Of a DNA stretch of 64,000 nucleotides, positions 23,801-33,843 are shown piece after piece. The stretch is taken from contig JBHGNT010000030.1 of NCBI GenBank assembly GCA_043228905.1, forward strand, positions 248,001-312,000, in the 5' to 3' direction. Both the position numbers and the translations under genes were made by a program. Numbering within the stretch: the first letter of the stretch is position 1; each line of letters begins with the position of its first letter. A model generated the notes under the pieces. The model did not search any database. It had not been told where the DNA came from and worked only from the letters and a program-made list of their open reading frames with translations. The stretch comes from Azolla caroliniana (Eukaryota > Plantae > Polypodiophyta).

Positions 23801-26800
23801 GTACAATCCCGGCCACCAGTACTTCCCCTTCAGCTTCTCAAACGTCGCCCACGTTCCACGGTGTCCAGCCCAAGGGCTGTCGTGGTAGGCCGCCAGTAGC
23901 TCCTCCTGTACTTCCTTCATCGCCACCACCCGGAGCGGGACGCCGTCCTTCTTCTTCGGGTGCTTCCATAGATGCCCATCTCGGAGAAAGAATCGATATG
24001 CTTTCTTCCGGATCCGGTTGGCCTCGTCCTTCGTCCATGACGCATCGGGCGTCATTGTCTTCAAAAACCCGCCGATCTGCAGCCACTCCCCGTCGTACTT
24101 GCTCGCGTCGAACTCGTTAAGCGCCGGAGTGCTCACCCCGTCGGTCGTTATGTATGCCGCCTCGAAGAAATCCACGCCGACTTCTTCGTCTTCCGAAACC
24201 ATGCCGCCCTCGTCGTCGAACCTCGCCCTCGAAAGCATGTCGGCCATGGCGTTGTCTTTCCCGGAAATGTGTCGTATTTCCGGGTCCAGGGACTTGACGT
24301 ACGCTATCCACCTGAGCATCGCCAGGTCCGGAGTCGCGCATCCGGAAACCATACCGAGAATCGGCAGGCAATCCGTCTCGATGATCACTTCCGTCCCTAT
24401 CAGGTAGTCTTTGTCGGCCTTAACCGCCGAAACAATACCCCAGAGTTCGCGTTTAACCTGGGCGTATCCTCGCTGCCGTTCACTGAGGACTTTCGCGCCG
24501 AATCGGATCGGAAACCGATTGCCGTCCTCGTCTTCCTGGTTCACGACCCATCCGATCCCAGTCGGACTGGTATCCACCGTTATGAATACCGGGGTACCCT
24601 TCCCGTATACCGCCTTCCGGAGTGCCGGTGCCGCTGCAAGGGCCTCTTTCAGCTTCCGGACCGATTCCGCGTGCTCGTCTAGCCATTCGAACCTTCGCCC
24701 CTTTTTCAGCAACCCGTACAGTGGCTCCGCGACGTGTGCGTAATGCGGGATCCATATATGGTAGAACGCGCATGCCCCCAGGAATCTCCGTACTTCCGTG
24801 ACCGAGCTGCAGTCGGGCTTCATCGCGGAGATGGCTTCTACCTTTGCCGGAGACGGTTTCCGGCCATATGGTCCGCACAGGTGTTCGACCACCATGATTT
24901 CTGACTGCCCGAAGGCCGACTTCTCCCCGGAGAAGGTGAGTCTCGCATCCCCTAGCCTTTGCAGCACCTTCTCGCAGTCGTCGATGTGCGTCGCCACGAA
25001 TCGCCGGCATCCGTCCGGCCCGATCGTCTCGTCCTTTTCTTCCACCGGGCATCCCTTGATCGGGATGTCGTCCAGAAACGGCATGGTGATGTCCGGGATA
25101 CAGTCCCTCAGAACCTTGTTCATCGCATTCACCATGTGGGCCACCGAGTTGGTCCCTCCTTGCGGCAGTGTACACATCCGAACTAGGCCGAGGGGAGTTC
25201 GCATCGTCGTAATGTCTCTGCTCTCCACGGCTAGCTGGAACTGGTCGTACCCTGAGTATAGATCCCCGACCGAGTAAATTGACCTTCCGGCGAAGGCCTC
25301 CGCGAACTCGTCTATGGTCGGTCCGATCCCTGCGTTCCGAATGGTCACTCGATTGACCGGCTGCAGGTCCTGGATGAAGCGCAACGAACCGTTTTTCTTC
25401 GGTACGGTAAACCATCGATTTGAATATGGGGCGCTCGACGGCTCGAGAATTCCCATATCAACTTTCTGCCTCAGCAGCTCCATCAACTTCGGGATGTGAG
25501 CTCTCGGAACCGGAATTGGCTTGAGATTCCATGGTACATGCGGTACCGTGAATATCACCATCGGCTCCACGATCGTCGGGTCAACGCACCCGATTTCCTC
25601 CGGCGAGAATGCGAAGGCTTTCCCGTGCCTTCCGAGCATTCTCCGAAACCGGTCTTCCTCCGCCGGCAGTAGGAACTCGCCCCCACCTATTTTGAGCTCT
25701 CGGAGCGTCTCGTCGGTGAAGGTGTGCCCTATGCAGGCCGGATCTCGTAGACTAGGGTCCGATGCAACCCCTTTGACTCTCGACGCACTGTCCTCCGGTA
25801 AGGGTGCCGCGACTGGCCTTACCTTCCGGTCCACAGTCTTGTACTTGGTGCTTACGTGGGCCGTCCGAACTGACTCGAGCCCTCGACCGAAGTCCGCGAT
25901 GACTTCGTACATCTCCTCGGAACACACCGGTATCGTCCGGTCTTCGTTAAGGCCTTCTTCGACTACCTTTCCCAGCATTCCCAAGGTGTCGCCGAATGAG
26001 ACCGCCTCCACGGCCCCGTTGATTTCCTCGTCCGGGCCGAGAACTCCGCACGCTCGAAGTCTCCCCTCCGCCTTTGTCTTCTCTCGGCCGCCGATGCCGA
26101 CTATCTTACACGCTCCGCTGTCGGAGAACAAAAATTCCCTACCTATGGTACAAGGTTTCTTCGGTTTTATCGTACAGGTGTGGGGTTTTCCCAGGGTGTC
26201 CGGACTGTCGCGGCCCCACGCCTTGGCAGCCCTCTCTAAAAATCCTCTCGGTTATCGGAACCGAGGGAGTCGCAGTTACGCTCATGGTTCGGCCTAACCG
26301 TCAAAAACTGGACCGAATGGCGCCCGTCCTGGCTCTTGACCCGCGCATAGGCCGAACCGTTGTCCAGCACCTTGGTCTCCATTCGAGCCGCCGTGATGTA
26401 CGGCTCTCCCAGTATGACGGGGTGCGATGACGACTCCTGCACGAAGAAGTGCTGGTCTATCTCGACATCGCCGATCTTGACCCGTACATTCGGGCAGGCC
26501 CCGTGAAGTTCCTCGGTGGCGCGCGTCGCTGCCCTTATCTTCCACCCGTGCTTGGTGTTGATCGGCCATTTGCCCTTCTTATAGAAGTCCATGGACATCA
26601 GGTTGATTTCCGATCCGTGGTCCACCAAAGCTACTACCGGTTCCTGGACATCGCCGATCTTTACCGGGGTTTCCGTGGTCGCTCGGGCCCAGTGTGGCCG
26701 CGAATAGTGGCTCTCCGCCCACTCGTCTTCCAGCGCCATGTCGTCCAGGTGCGTCGTCCGCACTTCCACCGGTCTTTCCGGTTCTGCCTCCGTTGACAGC

Positions 26801-29800
26801 CTCTTCCGTTTCACCAAGTCCACGATGGAGTCGTGGAACTCCTTCTTGGCGATTCCCAGCACCTCCCGTAGCGACAGCTCCACCTTGCTGTCGAGAATCC
26901 GTTCCTCCAGGACCTTTCGTAAGTCCGTGGTTCTTTCTATCTCCGTCCCCAGACGGTATCCGCCCTTCTGGGGTTTATCTTGCGTACCGGCCCCGCCGGC
27001 TTCGTCCCGTCGTGGCCCGGACCGGGTCTCGTATCGTTGTGAGGGCCCGGTCGTCCCGGGTTTCCCCACCCGCTTCTCTTCTACTAGAGCCTCGTAGTTC
27101 CGGCAAGCGGCTTCCACGAAGCCCGTCTTTTCCTCGACCGGGTCGCTCCACCCGGTCATCTCCCGTACCCGTTTCTCCGCACGGTCCGATTCCTCCCTTT
27201 TAAGCCCTGCACCGGCAAGGCCTTCCAGCATCGTCGGCCAGAATCCGGCTTTGCTTTCCTTTCGGGCCTCGCCGCCCCCGACTCGAATACCGGCCGACGC
27301 CGAGTAGTGGACGGTTTCCGCATGTCGGGCCGCCGCCTCTTCCATCAACCTCTTCATTCCGCCTCGCCCGTCGTTTCGGTTTAGGGCCCTCCTCGTGTCG
27401 TTGGCGTGAACCCGGCCTTCCCATAGGTACACCACCCGGTTCCTCAGCGCCTCTGCGAAATCGCCGCAGTCTTTCCGGATGTGGCCGACCCCGTCGCACC
27501 ACATGCACCTGTTCCCTGCCGCCGGCCGTCGGTCACGAGCAGGACCTCCGCCTTCTCTGCGGGCTTGTGCGATTTGGAGGTCTTTTATCGCCCTCGTCAG
27601 TTCCTCCAACGCAGCCCCTCCAGTCGAGCCTCTGATCACACCGGTCGGAGCTGAACCGGATTCCAGCCACTCCCGAGTCTCTTCCCTTCGCACCGGCTGC
27701 GCCGGCTCGAGTTTCCTCGCCGCGACTGAGCCCGACCCGGTTGCTCTGTCATCCTCCCATTCTCGCCGTTTGTCGAAACGGCCGCAGGCTCTCTTGACCG
27801 CCGCCCAGTCGGCCGTCAGCCCGTCTTCGGTTTCTAGCAGGGCGCCCACGTGACTCCGATCCCTCTCGTCAACCGATTTGACGAACAGCAGGACCCGGCT
27901 TGTATCCAGGACCATCCTGTCAAGCGCCGAAAGGCGCGCGAAGTTCTCCTCGAACTCCCGGAGGAGAGCCGACGCATTCCTTCCTTTCCCGGGAGACTCC
28001 ACCCACTCCATGAAGCTTCGCTTCGAAAGCCGGAGCACGTCGTCCAGTCCGTATTTTTCCAGGAGCCGACCTTCGAACTCCTCCCAGGTACGGCTCTCCG
28101 CCCGCACCTCGAGCACCTCCGCGTGGATGCTCGGCATCGCCACTCGGGGAAAACCGGCAAGACGCCTGTCTTCCGGAATGTCCCGCATTAACATTTCCGC
28201 ACCGTAGGACGCCAGGTACTTCGTGGCATCCTTTCCGGTGAATCGACCGATCGTTCCGACGACCGCCTCAATAGCTCTATCGAGGGCGCCGGTGCCCTCG
28301 CGCGCGCTTACTATCCGATCCACGGCCGAAGCCATGGCCTCTGCAAGATCCGCCCCTTTCATTTCCTACTCTTCTGCCGCCTCTTTCACGTCGGGTTCAC
28401 CAAGATGTCGGGGTTGCTACGCCCTTGCGTGTAGAAAGGAGGAGGGACCACGGGGGTCTCGAACCGAAGAGCAAGAGAGAGAGGAGTAAGAGAGAGAGAC
28501 CCGATTACACAGAACCGAAGATCCGATTGCGCAGAACCGACAATTGCACAGGGACACGGCCCAACAAACAGAGATCACAAATAAACGCCGACGCAGATGG
28601 ACGCAACAACGAGAGATATGTACTTATGAATGCAAGAAAATAACAGACTAAAGCATTACAACCCACAGTGGGGCACAAAAAAAAAATAGATACTAACGAA
28701 ACGAACAGGGCGGCGAACAGCTGCCGACCCCTGTATGTCGCGACGCACAGAAAGGGAAAACAGGTCGGAGGTGCTGCAGGACGCACTCGGGGCGTTCCAC
28801 GGAACCGCGCAGGCCTCCTCGAAACCTGCACAGGTACGCGATGGAGCAGAAGACAGAGAGAGAGCAGGAGTGAGAGAGAAGCTCCGAAATCGGTTCGGCA
28901 GCACTTCGTCCTCTCCGCGGGAGATACCCCCACTTCTATTCTTCCTCTTCCTTTTATAGCCCGTCAAGGGGCCGTTTGGCATTAACTGCATACCAACCGA
29001 ATCTTCCCACCTAGGATCCTCGTATGTACCTACTTCGTCCTTAGGTACTTCCTGGCGCGCGTGTGTGTGTAGAGCCGTTTCCCACGCCTTGTTCCTCCGA
29101 TTCCTCTTGTGGGCGGTTTTCTTCACGACACCGTCCGCCTTCACGCACCGGGTACCCGTTCCGATAGCCTCGTCCGTTCCGATCTCCGACTCCTCGCCGC
29201 CTTCCGTCGTCTCTTTGGTCTTACGTCGATCCGCAACCGCCAAAGTCTCAAGAATAGGTGAGGAGGGTCCCTCTCGCTCTCGGCCTCCCACCGAGTCGTA
29301 ATCAGCGTGCCCGGTTAGCTTCCTTCTCGCGCTCACCGGCTCCCACCGGGTGTTGTGGCCCGTTCTCCTCGACCTCCAACCGTGCCAACTTAGCCTTCGC
29401 CCGGATCGGTCTCGGACGATCGAGTTCCGGTTAGGTCGGCTCCCTTCTGTAATCGTAACCGGCCGGTAGATGTTTGTCCGAACAAATCCGACCTTGCCAG
29501 CTCTTCTTCGGTTCGGGCCCGGTTGACCAGACCCCGCTCCAATGTTCTTCTGCGTCGTCTTCCGGTCATGTCGGATTATCGACCGGTCCATCTTCCGGTC
29601 GGGTCGGTTCCCGACTCTCTCCCCTTTGCCGCTCCCGACCTCTCCATCGATCCTCTCGTATATGCCCGTTCCGGGCCTCGCGTCCTCATCTTCGTACGTG
29701 TTCGCTCCGGGCCACACCTCCTCACGGCCACCGCCCTTCTCTCCGGTCTTATGTTGGCATTCGAGCGCAACCGTCGTAGTGTCCGGTCTCGGTGTCGAGA

Positions 29801-31127
29801 GGTCTCGCCTCCGTCCGCTATGACCTTCGTCGTCGTCGTTTCGATCGTCCGCTTTGCCGCCACCTTCCGTCTCTCCGGTCTCACGTGGGCTCTCGGGGCC
29901 GACTGCCGAAGTCTCTAGAATAGGTGTGGGAAAAGTCCCGATACCGTTACTCGTCGATGCCATGATTGTAGCCACCTTCGTTCGGACGCCGTGGTCCGTG
30001 GCTATCTCTTCCTCGTTCTCTTCGTCGCCGTGGTAGGCCGCCTTGCCGCCACCACCACCCGTCGCTCTAGGTCTCACGCCGGCACTCGGGCCGGCCGTTG
30101 GAGCCTCTAGGACCGGTGTGGGTAAGGACCCGGCACCGCCACTCGTCGTGTCAGTAGCCGCTTCCGACCGGTCGTCGTTGTCCGCGGCTACCCCATCTCC
30201 AATTCCGCAAGCCTCGATTACGCTTGCCACCATCTCTCCCATGCCGTCGTCTCGGTTGCCCGCCTTGCCGCCGCCATCGTCCGTCACTCTAGGTCTCACA
30301 CCGGCTCTCGGGCCGGATGCCAAAGTCTCTAGGACCGGTGTGTGTAAGGTCGCGGCACCGCCGCTTGTCCGCTCCTCACTCAATGTTTCGGGCTGCCATG
30401 TCCCGAACCCGTAGTTATCGGCCTCCATGGCCGTCCCTTCACCGCAAGGCAAGAGGGTCGCTTGCTCCGCACCCTCTCCTATCTCACCGTCGTACGCTCT
30501 CCCGGCCTCCATATAGGCCCCGTCTTCTACGTCTAGGGAGGCTTCTTCCTCCGCATCCTCCGATCGCCCCCGGCCCGTCTCCGTAACAAGCCCTTCTTCG
30601 GCTCCGATTTTCGCCTTCACAAGCTCGCATGCCTCTCGTATTAGCGCTTCTAGGTCGAGCTCCTCCGAACCGTTTTGCGTTGAGCTCTCTTCCGGCGGTA
30701 GTGCGTACTCACTCGCCGCTCTCTCTTCTCTGCCGCTCGCGGGCCACGTTGTTGCCGACCGCTCCCCATCGGGTTGCCGGCATACCCACTCCGGTTTCGC
30801 GTATCCGCACGCTTCCAATAGGGCTACCTCCAAGGACACCCACGTCTCGTGAGCTTCTCGTAGCTCCTTGACCTCCTTGTGCACCGATGCGGCCGCCACT
30901 CGAGGAAAATACTCTAGTTGCATCTCCTCGTCCACGCCCCCTTTCGCCATCTCGGCCTCGTACGCCTCCAAGAACCTCGGGACATCGTCCCCGTTGAATC
31001 GGCCGACTCGATCGACCACCCTTTCGACGACTTGTTGAGCCGCATCTCGCTTCGCCATTTTCCGTCCGGCTTCCATCACGATTTTTGCCATCATCTCCTC
31101 GAAGTCCAAGTCTTCTTCCATCTCCAT
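20830..31127 (-). CDS. G2 Gag-N-terminus/low-complexity protein, 1037 aa once G3 is removed (31127-29131 + 21946-20830)
   Basis: The halves join in frame (CVKADG|HGQDGK). N-terminal GRFNGDD...AEM...FPRV...TW aligns with G3/G4 Gag GRFDGRD...AEM...FPRV...TW. Confidence 0.8.
22748..26239 (-). CDS. pol: G3 Pol (RT-RNase H-integrase), predicted via -1 frameshift
   Basis: 1127-aa ORF whose frame stays open up to the slippery site; same motifs as G4 Pol. Confidence 0.9.
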   Translation of the reverse strand, partial: LERAAKAWGRDSPDTLGKPHTCTIKPKKPCTIGREFLFSDSGACKIVGIGGREKTKAEGRLRACGVLGPDEEINGAVEAVSFGDTLGMLGKVVEEGLNEDRTIPVCSEEMYEVIADFGRGLESVRTAHVSTKYKTVDRKVRPVAAPLPEDSASRVKGVASDPSLRDPACIGHTFTDETLRELKIGGGEFLLPAEEDRFRRMLGRHGKAFAFSPEEIGCVDPTIVEPMVIFTVPHVPWNLKPIPVPRAHIPKLMELLRQKVDMGILEPSSAPYSNRWFTVPKKNGSLRFIQDLQPVNRVTIRNAGIGPTIDEFAEAFAGRSIYSVGDLYSGYDQFQLAVESRDITTMRTPLGLVRMCTLPQGGTNSVAHMVNAMNKVLRDCIPDITMPFLDDIPIKGCPVEEKDETIGPDGCRRFVATHIDDCEKVLQRLGDARLTFSGEKSAFGQSEIMVVEHLCGPYGRKPSPAKVEAISAMKPDCSSVTEVRRFLGACAFYHIWIPHYAHVAEPLYGLLKKGRRFEWLDEHAESVRKLKEALAAAPALRKAVYGKGTPVFITVDTSPTGIGWVVNQEDEDGNRFPIRFGAKVLSERQRGYAQVKRELWGIVSAVKADKDYLIGTEVIIETDCLPILGMVSGCATPDLAMLRWIAYVKSLDPEIRHISGKDNAMADMLSRARFDDEGGMVSEDEEVGVDFFEAAYITTDGVSTPALNEFDASKYDGEWLQIGGFLKTMTPDASWTKDEANRIRKKAYRFFLRDGHLWKHPKKKDGVPLRVVAMKEVQEELLAAYHDSPWAGHRGTWATFEKLKGKYWWPGLYRDVHRFVSTCESCQMHSIVRHRDGLHPTYPPTIHFKWMVDLVTMPMGVGQMRYLVLAREDLTNQVEGRALQNKTTAAVCRFLVEDVICRYGCVGKIMADRGELDAEEAAELFDRLGVKLSLTTAYNPEANGKVERGHGPIVKALIRACGGRVGNWPRLLPYALWADRTTHSSVTGYMPTELMFGQKPIMPIERTISSWATVDWRVEMSREELLAARIRQLERRPEDVALAAEKLRVARTKNKARFDRTHRLRPKKIDEGDWVLVYDSSLDNQHRATRKFARRWFGPYTVQSANDNETYHLAELDGTRIAIPVAGKRIKAFKKRHDDEPDPILLDSSDDRSEAEEGPAGEE
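26236..28362 (-). CDS. gag: G3 Gag-protease (708 aa)
   Basis: CCHC knuckle and DHGS protease, closely similar to G4 Gag. Confidence 0.92.
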   Translation of the reverse strand: MKGADLAEAMASAVDRIVSAREGTGALDRAIEAVVGTIGRFTGKDATKYLASYGAEMLMRDIPEDRRLAGFPRVAMPSIHAEVLEVRAESRTWEEFEGRLLEKYGLDDVLRLSKRSFMEWVESPGKGRNASALLREFEENFARLSALDRMVLDTSRVLLFVKSVDERDRSHVGALLETEDGLTADWAAVKRACGRFDKRREWEDDRATGSGSVAARKLEPAQPVRREETREWLESGSAPTGVIRGSTGGAALEELTRAIKDLQIAQARREGGGPARDRRPAAGNRCMWCDGVGHIRKDCGDFAEALRNRVVYLWEGRVHANDTRRALNRNDGRGGMKRLMEEAAARHAETVHYSASAGIRVGGGEARKESKAGFWPTMLEGLAGAGLKREESDRAEKRVREMTGWSDPVEEKTGFVEAACRNYEALVEEKRVGKPGTTGPSQRYETRSGPRRDEAGGAGTQDKPQKGGYRLGTEIERTTDLRKVLEERILDSKVELSLREVLGIAKKEFHDSIVDLVKRKRLSTEAEPERPVEVRTTHLDDMALEDEWAESHYSRPHWARATTETPVKIGDVQEPVVALVDHGSEINLMSMDFYKKGKWPINTKHGWKIRAATRATEELHGACPNVRVKIGDVEIDQHFFVQESSSHPVILGEPYITAARMETKVLDNGSAYARVKSQDGRHSVQFLTVRPNHERNCDSLGSDNREDF

Positions 31128-32063
31128 GCTCCCTTGCCGCCCTTCACGTCGGGTTCACCAAAGATGTCGCGTTGTTACGCGCGTGCGTGTAGAAGGGGCG
31201 GGACCGCGGGGGTCTTGGACTAGGGAGTGGAGGAGAAAGAATAGGACATGATATGGAGGCTTAGTTCAAGAGGAGAAGAGGAAAGAATAAGACCACGACA
31301 TCGAAGGAGGGATCAGCAGAGGCAAGATGCTCAACAAGCTATATTAAAACAACGAATGGTTACAACAATGGTGGCCGCCATGGCCGCACCAAAATGACTA
31401 TCCGAAAACCCTAAAGGGAAACCCCAGGAGAAACCCTAATCGAAACCCTAACCCTAAAACGAAATGGGAAGAGGGAGAACCCTAGACTAAGTGGTATACC
31501 TTACTCGCACAAAATAGGCAACCCCTTCATAAGTGACCCCTCCCTTCCTTTTATAGCCCAAGGAGGGAGGGACCTTACAATGTGGGACAAAAATTTCCCC
31601 TCTCTTTCTATACACCATATCCTAGTATACATGTGCACATGTTGCACAACATCGACTTGCCCCTTCCACCCTGGTTTCCGCCTATGGACGAAAATCTTCA
31701 CGACACCGTACTTCTCGAGGAGCCGCAACTCGAACTCCTCCCAAGTCTGGCATCCGGCCAACACCTCGAGCACCTCCGCGTGGATGCTCGGCGTCACCAC
31801 CTGAGGGAATCCGGACAGCCGCCTGTCCACCGGGATGTCCCTCATGATCAATTCGGCCCGGTAAGCCTCCAAATAACTTGTGGCATCTTACCCTCCGAAC
31901 CGGCCTATAGTGCCGACGATCGATTCAACGGCTCTGTCAAGGGTACCCGTCCCCTCACGAGCGCTTACCAGCCGGCCGACGGCTACCGCCATTGCCTCCA
32001 CTAGCTCTGATCCCCTCATCTTTTGACTCCTTTGCCGCCTGTTCACGTCGGGTTCACCAAATA

Positions 32064-32122
32064 TGTCGCATTGTTACACGCGTGCGTGTAGAAAGAGGCG
32101 GGACCACAGGGGTCTCGGACCA

Positions 32123-32176
<54 letters not shown>

Positions 32177-32741
32177 TGCAAGTACGCAGAGAGAGGTTAA
32201 GAGCAAGCAAAATAGGAGTCCGATTACTATAGTCAATAGCTTACAACCGGCAACCCGGCAATGGACCCGACACGGGTCCTACTCACGCACACCGACGACA
32301 GCCACACGACTCGAAGAAACAAACGGGGGAGAGGGGAAGGAGAGAGACTCTGCTGGAAGCACACGAGCTGTCCACGAAGCAGAGGCAGCGAACTCTCGAC
32401 ACCCGCAGAGAACGACGAATTGAGGAGAGAGAGCCCGACACTCGGTTCTGCAGCAGCACTTCGTCCTCGCCAACGCGTGATCCCCTTTCCTCCTTCTTTC
32501 CTCTCCTTAAATAGTTCCCAAAAGGGCGGTGCCCTTTTTCCCTAGTCAAATCGCCTTATTCCTTGTCCCTTCTGACAGAGATACGCACAATCCCTTAATA
32601 AATGTGTACTACTTGGTATTTACATCAGCTGATCCATTTATGAATCAATATCAAAATATCAATTCATGCGTCCATCCATGTAAGAGCCGGTTCATGCGCC
32701 TTTTTGTCCGATTCCGCCTATGGCCGGTTTTCTTCACGACA
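32064..32741 (-). repeat. G1 5' LTR (678 bp)
   Basis: Family termini TGTCG...CTTCACGACA, PBS adjacent, followed by TSD CCGT at 32742-32745. Confidence 0.92.
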
Positions 32742-33188
32742 CCGTGTAGGTGTGATCACTTATGGTGGGTTGGATTCCCCATATCTGAACCAAACGATCA
32801 TTCACAAAATTGTGTGAGCTTCCCGAATCAAATAAAAATTGTACGGGAGATCCATTGATATACCTGTTTGCACGTAGTAAATCATTGGGACCCAATACAT
32901 AGTGAGGGAAAGAACATTGACAATTACTTAAATGATGTGTATAGACCTGAAGGACCTTAGGAATCTGACCTTTATGGTCTGCAACTTTAGTTTTGTTGTC
33001 GTGCTCTTTTCGTTGGAGCTTTCGACATCGATCTTTTGTATGACCTTTCTTTTTGCAGAATACGCAAAAAGGATGTTGTTGCTTACAATCGTGATCCATG
33101 AATTCATTGGGTGTCTTACATTTCCCAACGAATTGCGACTGCTTAGTCCCGGGTGCTTTGTTGGGTTTATTATGGTCCTTCTTCGAAT
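32742..33188 (-). pseudogene. CH1 gag zinc knuckle and protease fragment (5'-truncated)
   Basis: [14 protein letters not shown] and [12 protein letters not shown], matches CH2 60660-61106. Confidence 0.9.
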
Positions 33189-33790
33189 GTATCTAGATAT
33201 CTTAGTCGTGTAATAAAACCTAACTGAGAGAAGTGCAAGAAGTGTTCCTTATAGTACAACATTTTAGATGGGAGTGGCTCTCGTGGGGTGATCCATTTAT
33301 ATCATGTGTAAATTTGCCATATTTCTTGGCGTATCACTTTATTACAATCTTCATGAGATATTAGAGTTTGGTTAGTCCCATGGTTGTACTTAAGGGGGGG
33401 TAGGTTATTTTTTAGCGGCAAGCTCAACCGGATCCGGATTGGCTGAATAAGCCTGAGCCGGATCGGCATTTGGAAGGATGAGCCAGATCGGTGAGCCGGT
33501 GAGCCGGTTAGCCGGATCCATCAGTAACCGGAAGCCTAGTAGCAGCCTAGACTACTAGGAAGTTAATGTCTCATAGTTAGTGTCAGACGCTTGTGTGAGC
33601 ATTGAAGTACACCGTACTTCTGTCAGTCCGGATGGACTTGTATAAAAGTGTTCACTAAACACATACGATGTACAGAGTGTTACAGATTGAGTATTATTTT
33701 TTAATAGAGTTTCTGTGTGCTCTCTCTCACTCTCTGTCTCTCCCGTGTACTGTGTATATCCTAAGCTCTCCATTGTCATGATATGGCAAA

Positions 33791-33843
33791 ACTCGAACCC
33801 ATGACCTTATGTTATATGGGTCGAGCTCTTGACCATTATACCA
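33791..33843 (-). promoter_or_regulatory. tRNA-like Pol III A box / B box within LTR U3
   Basis: Minus strand TGGTATAATGG then GGTTCGAGT starting 44 nt later. Second copy at 35058-35111. Confidence 0.6.

Larger units (their letters stand above)
21951..29130 (-). mobile_element. Ty3/gypsy G3, full-length, very young
   Basis: 725-bp LTRs at 21951-22675 and 28406-29130 with no difference seen, TSD CCGT, Trp PBS, open gag and pol. Confidence 0.97.
20052..31705 (-). mobile_element. Non-autonomous gag-only element G2 (4.5 kb without G3)
   Basis: 541-bp LTRs at 20052-20592 and 31165-31705 with ~5 transitions, TSD CCGT, Trp PBS, family-type PPT, no pol motifs. Confidence 0.93.
7425..32741 (-). mobile_element. 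Ty3/gypsy G1 (tRNA-Trp-primed family, degenerate outer host of G2, G3, G4 and a copia solo LTR)
   Basis: 5' LTR 32064-32741, PBS 32042-32059. Gag pieces 31706-32020, 19923-20051 and 10954-12579; pol pieces 9897-10956 and 7425-9205. About 0.5-kb RT/RNase H deletion at ~8910 on TCCG microhomology. Confidence 0.9.

Noticed and set aside
10242-30414. Many long antisense and alternate-frame ORFs over the G elements
   Set aside because: Shadow ORFs of GC-rich coding DNA with no motifs and inconsistent ends between copies.
28656-31127. 823-aa host gene
   Set aside because: It is the 5' part of the G2 ORF reading into the G3 LTR; the true continuation is at 21946-20830.
33388-33408. Copia PPT (CTTAAGGGGGGG) before the C2 LTR implying a tandem element
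   Set aside because: It is LINE coding sequence on the minus strand (LPPLK), and the GTTAT TSD shows C2 inserted into it.
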